Assembly (NCBI GenBank): GCA_964658025.1
Contig: CAZZXB010000092.1
Span: 1-10,211 of the forward strand
Direction of reading: 5' to 3'
DNA length: 10,211 bases
Source: an uncultured Janthinobacterium sp.
Lineage (GTDB): Bacteria > Vulcanimicrobiota > Vulcanimicrobiia > Vulcanimicrobiales > Vulcanimicrobiaceae
In this document: positions 6,169 to 10,211 of the stretch, one piece after another
How the letters are laid out: every line of letters begins with the position of its first letter
How positions within the stretch are numbered: position 1 is the stretch's first letter
Notes under the pieces: generated by a model
The model's input: the letters and a program-made list of their open reading frames with translations, nothing else
The model's database searches: none
Told to the model about the DNA's origin: nothing
Made by a program: the position numbers and the translations under genes

Positions 6169-7491
6169 TTGTTTCATTTTCGTGCGACCGGCCTCGCCGT
6201 CGTCGCGATCGCTTGTCTTGCGTCCGGGAAGGCCCTCGCGCAATCCGCATCGCCGTCGCCGGCCCCGATCGTCACGACGGCGCCGAGCGCGATGCCCGTG
6301 GTCTCGCCCTCGCCGAACTCGGGCGCGTCGCCCGCGCCGTCGCCGAGCCCCTCGGCCACGCCCTCGCCGCCGCCGCACCTCCTCGTGTTCTCGGCCTTCG
6401 GCGACGCCGGCTACACGGCCGTCGGCGGGACCGACAAGGTCCGATTCACCAACGGCGCGGCGAGTCGGATCTTCGACGGCGTCGCCGCGGGATCGCCGTA
6501 CTTCGACGCCAACGGCGGTCGCCAACTCGCGCCCGCCAACGACTTCAACAATTCGTTCGACCTGCAGAACGGCAACGTCCAGTTGCAGATCAACGGCAGT
6601 CCGATCGGCGCGAAGCTCGAGGGCAGTTTCGGGACCGACGCCGACGTGATCGCCTCCAACGGTCAGTCGCGTTCGGGTTCGAATCTCACGCAGGCGTACC
6701 TCACCTTCGCCGGCGGTCCCGTCTCGTTTCTCGTCGGCAAGTTTTCGACGCTCGCGGGTGCGGAAGTGATCGAAGCGACGGGCAACTCGAACTACTCGCG
6801 TTCGTATCTCTTCGGCGAGGCGATCCCGTTCACGCACACGGGCGTCCGCGCGACGATCGCGTTCAATCCGAAGATCTCGCTCGTCGCGGGCGTCAACAAC
6901 GGTTGGGACGACTGGAAGTTCGCCGGTAAGAAGAAGACGCTCGAAGGCGCGCTCCTGATCACGCCGACGCCGGGATATTCGCTGACGCTCGATACCTATA
7001 ACGGCAACGATTTCGCGCTCAACGGGAACAGCGCGATCGGCGCGTCGCCCGTCTACACGAATCGCTCGCTCTACGACGGCGTGCTCACCGTCCATCCCAC
7101 GGGCGCGCTGACGCTCGTCGCGAACTACGACACGGGCACCCAGCTCGCCGACGGCACGGGTCTCTTCTCGACGTCGAAGTGGAACGGCGTCGCGGGATAT
7201 CTCAACTATCAGTTCACGCCCGTCTACGGCATCTCGCTTCGCAAGGAAACGTTCCACGACGTGAACGGCTTCCGAACCGGCATCGCGCAACGGCTCCAAT
7301 CCAACACGGCGACGCTGAGCTACGCGCCGGGGACGCGCATCATCGTGCGCGCGGAATATCGGCTCGACGCTTCGGACGGGGACAACTTCACCTATCGCGA
7401 CGCCGTCATCGTGAATCCGATCACGGGCCAGACGGCCGGCCGCAACCATCAGAGTTCGTTCGGCTTCGAAACGATCTTCAAAGCGCCGTAG
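6169..7491 (+). CDS. Outer-membrane beta-barrel protein, putative porin (resembles the OmpL-like beta-barrel porin-2 / BBP2 type), 440 aa
   Basis: TTG start with GAGGA 7 nt upstream (6157-6161). Signal peptide ending in ALA-Q and a Pro/Ser-rich stalk, followed by alternating-pattern beta strands with motifs I recall from this porin type: LTQAYLT, VGKFSTLAGAEVIE, NSNYSRSYLF, PFTHTGVRA, AGVNNGWD, VRAEYRLD. Confidence 0.85.
   Translation: MFHFRATGLAVVAIACLASGKALAQSASPSPAPIVTTAPSAMPVVSPSPNSGASPAPSPSPSATPSPPPHLLVFSAFGDAGYTAVGGTDKVRFTNGAASRIFDGVAAGSPYFDANGGRQLAPANDFNNSFDLQNGNVQLQINGSPIGAKLEGSFGTDADVIASNGQSRSGSNLTQAYLTFAGGPVSFLVGKFSTLAGAEVIEATGNSNYSRSYLFGEAIPFTHTGVRATIAFNPKISLVAGVNNGWDDWKFAGKKKTLEGALLITPTPGYSLTLDTYNGNDFALNGNSAIGASPVYTNRSLYDGVLTVHPTGALTLVANYDTGTQLADGTGLFSTSKWNGVAGYLNYQFTPVYGISLRKETFHDVNGFRTGIAQRLQSNTATLSYAPGTRIIVRAEYRLDASDGDNFTYRDAVIVNPITGQTAGRNHQSSFGFETIFKAP
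6244..6375 (+). repeat. Low-complexity Pro/Ser/Ala-rich stalk encoded by imperfect TCGCCG-type repeats
   Basis: Encodes SASPSPAPIVTTAPSAMPVVSPSPNSGASPAPSPSPSATPSPPP directly after the predicted signal peptide. Confidence 0.7.
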
Positions 7492-7533
7492 GCGCTTCGG
7501 AGCGCGCGACGCCGTAACGGGTTTACGGCGTCG
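7481..7533. terminator. Two tandem hairpins at the convergent porin/ATPase junction (candidate terminator or mRNA 3'-end stabilisers)
   Basis: AAGCGCC-GTA-GGCGCTT (7481-7497, spanning the porin TAG) and the perfect 11-bp inverted repeat CGACGCCGTAA-CGGGT-TTACGGCGTCG (7507-7533, spanning the ATPase TAA). No long U-tract on either strand. Confidence 0.55.
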
Positions 7534-8323
7534 TCGCGACGGACTCGTTCGCGCGGTAACCGCGCGCGATCACGCGCGGCGCGCCGCCGAGCGTCACGCG
7601 ATCGAACGCGACGCCGTAGGCGCGTTCGAGTAATTCCGGATCGAGCGCGTCGTGCGGCGGCGCGCAGATCAGGAGGCGACCCTCGCCGAGGAGCGCGATC
7701 CGATCGGCGATCGACGCCGCTTCGTTGAGATCGTGCGAGACGACGAAGGCCGTGGTCTCGTCCGAGGCGATCGCGCGCATCACGCACGAGACTTCGAGCG
7801 CGTGGCGCGGATCGAGGTGCGACGTCGGTTCGTCGAGCAGGACGGTGCGCGCGTCCTGCGCGAGTGCGAGCGCGAGCCACGCGCGTTGCCGTTCGCCCGA
7901 CGAGAGCGTGGCGACGTCGCGCTCCGCGACCTCGCCGAGTTCGACGCGCGCGAGCGCGGCGTCGACCGTGCCGTCGTCTTCGGCGGGCGTCCAATCCCAC
8001 CACGGCGCGTACGAGAAGCGGCCCGTCGCGACGAGTTCGCGGACGGTGATCCCGTGCGGCGTCTCGCGATCGCCGCCGATCATCGTCACGGCACGCGCGC
8101 GCGCCGCGGGCGCGAGCGAGGCGACGTCCGCGCCGTCGATGCGGATCCGTCCGGCGGCGGGTCTCGCGTCGCCCGCGATCGCGCGTAAGAGCGTCGTCTT
8201 CCCGACGCCGTTGGGACCGACGATCGCGACGAGTTCGCCCGGACGCGCGTCGATCGACACGTCGTCGAGTAACGTCCGGTCGCCCGCACGTAACCGGACG
8301 CCCTCGAGGACTACGCGCCCCAC
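7523..8323 (-). CDS. ABC transporter ATP-binding protein, cobalamin/iron-siderophore (BtuD/FecE/HmuV) type, 266 aa
   Basis: C-terminal part of track ORF 7523..10105. Likely GTG start at 8323, overlapping the permease end. Walker A GPNGVGKTT, signature LSSGERQR, Walker B VLLDEPTSHLD, H-loop VVSHDLN, and the family-typical ELLERAYGV tail. Confidence 0.92.
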   Translation of the reverse strand: MGRVVLEGVRLRAGDRTLLDDVSIDARPGELVAIVGPNGVGKTTLLRAIAGDARPAAGRIRIDGADVASLAPAARARAVTMIGGDRETPHGITVRELVATGRFSYAPWWDWTPAEDDGTVDAALARVELGEVAERDVATLSSGERQRAWLALALAQDARTVLLDEPTSHLDPRHALEVSCVMRAIASDETTAFVVSHDLNEAASIADRIALLGEGRLLICAPPHDALDPELLERAYGVAFDRVTLGGAPRVIARGYRANESVATTP

Positions 8324-9297
8324 GAACGCGTCCGCGCCGAGCGCACGTAGAGGTACAGGAACGCCGGCACGCCGATGAAGGCGAGCAGCACGCCGAGCGG
8401 GATCTCCGCGGGCGCGGCGACCGTGCGGGCGAGGGCGTCGGCGAGCGGGACGAGCGTCGCGCCGAGGACGACGGAGGCGACGCTCGCGCGGCGCACGTCC
8501 GTGCCGACGGCACGACGCGCGACGTGCGGGACGATCAAGCCGACGAAGCCGACGACGCCCGCGAGCGCGACGGCCGCCGCCGTCAGCAGCGTCGCGCCCG
8601 CGAGCGCGAGCCATTGCGTCCGTCGCACGTCCACGCCGACCGCGCGCGCGACGGCCGGGCCGAGGCGGAGCGCGTTGAGCGACGGGACCGCGAGCGCGGC
8701 GAGGACGAAGCCCGCCACGAGATACGGTGCGGCCCAGCCGAGATCGCTCCAGCCGCGCGTACCGACCGAGCCCGCGAGCCACGCGAGGATCGCGTCGCCG
8801 TTCGTCCGTCCGATGCCGAGGAGCACGAGCGTCACGAGCGCGGAGAAGAGCGCGGAAAGCGAGACGCCCGCGAGGATCAAACGTTCCGCATCGATCCCCC
8901 CGCCGCGCCGCGCGATCGCGGCGACCGCGAGCGCCGTCGCGATGCCGGCCGCGAAACCCAATGCGGGGACGAGCGGCGCCGCGACGCCCGCGAGCACGGC
9001 GAACGCGATCGCGGCCCCCGCGCCGGAACTCACGCCCGTGAGAAACGGATCGACGAGCGGATTGCGCAAGAGCGTTTGGAGGACGAGTCCCGCGAGCGCG
9101 AGCGCCGCGCCGACGCACGCCGCGATCGCGACGCGCGGAAGCCGTAGCGACCAGACGATCGTCGCGGCATCGCCCGACGCGTACGGATGGGCGAGCGCGG
9201 AGAGCACCGCGGGCGGTGCGAGCCACGAACCGCCGACGAACGTTCCGATCGCGAGCGCGCAGACGAGCGCCGCTCCGAGGGACGCAAAGCGGATCAC
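8311..9297 (-). CDS. FecCD/BtuC-family ABC transporter permease, 328 aa
   Basis: Highly hydrophobic, with family motifs IVWSLRLPR, GAALALAGLVLQTLLRNPLVDPFLTGVSSGA, GVVGFVGLIVPHVARR, ADALART and EIPLGVLLAFIGVPAFLYL. Confidence 0.95.
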   Translation of the reverse strand: MIRFASLGAALVCALAIGTFVGGSWLAPPAVLSALAHPYASGDAATIVWSLRLPRVAIAACVGAALALAGLVLQTLLRNPLVDPFLTGVSSGAGAAIAFAVLAGVAAPLVPALGFAAGIATALAVAAIARRGGGIDAERLILAGVSLSALFSALVTLVLLGIGRTNGDAILAWLAGSVGTRGWSDLGWAAPYLVAGFVLAALAVPSLNALRLGPAVARAVGVDVRRTQWLALAGATLLTAAAVALAGVVGFVGLIVPHVARRAVGTDVRRASVASVVLGATLVPLADALARTVAAPAEIPLGVLLAFIGVPAFLYLYVRSARTRSWGA

Positions 9298-9306
9298 GCG
9301 AGTCGC

Positions 9307-9330
9307 TTACGTCCGGGCGCGCGCGCGTCC
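9307..9330 (-). promoter_or_regulatory. Putative bipartite promoter GGAC-N16-GTAA, 9 nt before the permease GTG
   Basis: Minus strand reads CA GGAC GCGCGCGCGCCCGGAC GTAA GCGACTCGC GTG. No Shine-Dalgarno before the GTG. Confidence 0.45.
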
Positions 9331-9442
9331 TGGTCGTGTGTCGACGCGTCGGCGACCGGCACGCTCGCGATCCCCGCACGAGGTCGCGCGGGTACGAACG
9401 CCGAGCCCGGGTTCGGTGCCGTCCGTCGTCGTACGGAGCAGC

Positions 9443-10211
9443 GTGCGCCGCCTCTCGCCGATCCTCGTTCTCGCATTCGCACTCGTCGTATCTCGCTCGG
9501 GCGTTCGCCCCGCCGACGCGAATACCGCGGCGCCGGGGCCGCCTGCCGGGCCGCGACGGATCGTCTCGCTCATCCCCTCGCTCACCGAGGATCTCTTCGC
9601 GATCGGCGCGGGCGCGCGCGTCGTCGGCGTCTCGCAGTTCGCCGATTATCCGAGCGCCGCGCGGCGGCTCCCCGTCGTCGCGACGTTCGCGTCGATCGAC
9701 ACGGAGCGGATCGTCCGGCTCCACCCGGATCTCGTCGTCGGCTTGCCGATGCAGGCGGCGCTTGCGGCCGGCGTTCGCCGAGCGGGGATCCGCGTCGAAC
9801 TGCTCGCGGACGATACGCTCGACGACGTGTACCGCACGCTCGACCGTCTCGGAACGCTCGTCGGCGAGCGCCGGAATGCGACCGCGCTGATCCGCGGTTT
9901 GCGCGCGACCACGGCGCGTCTCGTGAAGACGGTACCGCGCGGACCGCGTCCGCGTACGTTCGTCGTCCTCGGCGTCGCGCCGATCTACACGGTCGGCGAC
10001 CGCTCCTACATCGCGCGACTCCTCGAGCTCGCGGGCGCGCGCAACGCCGCGCGCGTGGACGGCGCGTACGCGCGTTACGACGCGGAATCGCTCGTCGCCG
10101 CGCAACCGGACGCGATCGTCGCGGACGCGCAGAGCGGGATCGCGAGCGTCCTCGATCGCGCGCCGTGGAGCGCGCTGCGCGCCGTGCGCGAGAAGCGCGT
10201 CTACGTTCTCG
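9443..10211 (+). CDS. BtuF-like periplasmic binding protein (helical-backbone metal receptor, cobalamin/Fe-siderophore type); runs off the right edge
   Basis: Manual translation from GTG 9443: MRRLSPILVLAFALVVSRSGVRPADA... then PRRIVSLIPSLTEDLFAIGAGARVVGVSQFADYP, IDTERIVRLHPDLVV, IYTVGDRSYIARLLELAGARN, ESLVAAQPDAIV, PWSALRAVREKRVYVL. No stop within the window, so it is absent from the ORF track. GGAG at 9435-9438. Confidence 0.92.
   Translation, partial: MRRLSPILVLAFALVVSRSGVRPADANTAAPGPPAGPRRIVSLIPSLTEDLFAIGAGARVVGVSQFADYPSAARRLPVVATFASIDTERIVRLHPDLVVGLPMQAALAAGVRRAGIRVELLADDTLDDVYRTLDRLGTLVGERRNATALIRGLRATTARLVKTVPRGPRPRTFVVLGVAPIYTVGDRSYIARLLELAGARNAARVDGAYARYDAESLVAAQPDAIVADAQSGIASVLDRAPWSALRAVREKRVYVL

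Noticed and set aside
6094..7449. 451-aa minus-strand ORF
   Set aside because: Antisense shadow of the porin gene, with Arg/Val-rich composition and no domain signal.
6376..7491. Visibly lower GC in the porin gene as a sign of horizontal transfer
   Set aside because: Explained by its Asn/Phe/Tyr/Thr-rich composition. Third codon positions remain G/C (AAC, TTC, ACG, GCG) as in its neighbours, and there are no flanking repeats or mobility genes.
9298..9442. Cobalamin riboswitch upstream of the Btu-like genes
   Set aside because: No recognisable conserved B12-element segments on either strand by eye. Not computationally excluded.
8324..10105. N-terminal ~590 aa of the 860-aa track ORF 7523..10105, suggesting a giant ATPase fusion
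   Set aside because: This Arg-rich low-complexity translation overlaps the permease in another frame and is antisense to the BtuF-like gene. Only 7523..8323 has ABC ATPase motifs.
1..10211. Abundant CGCG/GCGCGC runs as a possible repeat array or CRISPR
   Set aside because: They are dispersed and reflect codon usage (GCG, CGC). There is no constant-length repeat-spacer periodicity.

Overview
A GC-rich, CGCG-rich bacterial chromosomal segment with no rRNA, tRNA, CRISPR array or mobile element that I can see. The outer-membrane beta-barrel with a Pro/Ser-rich N-terminal stalk and the non-lipidated solute-binding protein point to a diderm. The style resembles Ca. Eremiobacterota, but that is inference only. 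Left to right: (-) dynamin-like GTPase, cut by the left edge and missing from the ORF track; (-) phosphomannomutase/phosphoglucomutase; (-) alpha/beta hydrolase that has no stop of its own and reads in frame into the phosphomutase; (+) sensor-GGDEF-EAL protein with an intact GGDEF and a degenerate EAL; (+) translationally coupled small exported protein; (+) putative outer-membrane porin behind an 11-bp-periodic TAA repeat resembling a Pho box; convergent hairpins; (-) ATPase and permease of a BtuCD/FecCDE-type importer; and a divergent (+) BtuF-like binding protein cut by the right edge and also missing from the ORF track. The most notable observations are (1) the hydrolase-phosphomutase read-through, (2) a recurring bipartite motif, GG(A/T)(C/T)-N16/17-G(A/T)A, whose second 4-nt box ends 8-10 nt before five start codons and suggests leaderless transcription from an alternative-sigma-type promoter, and (3) the Pho-box-like repeat before the porin. 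I found no clear-cut novel multi-gene system.
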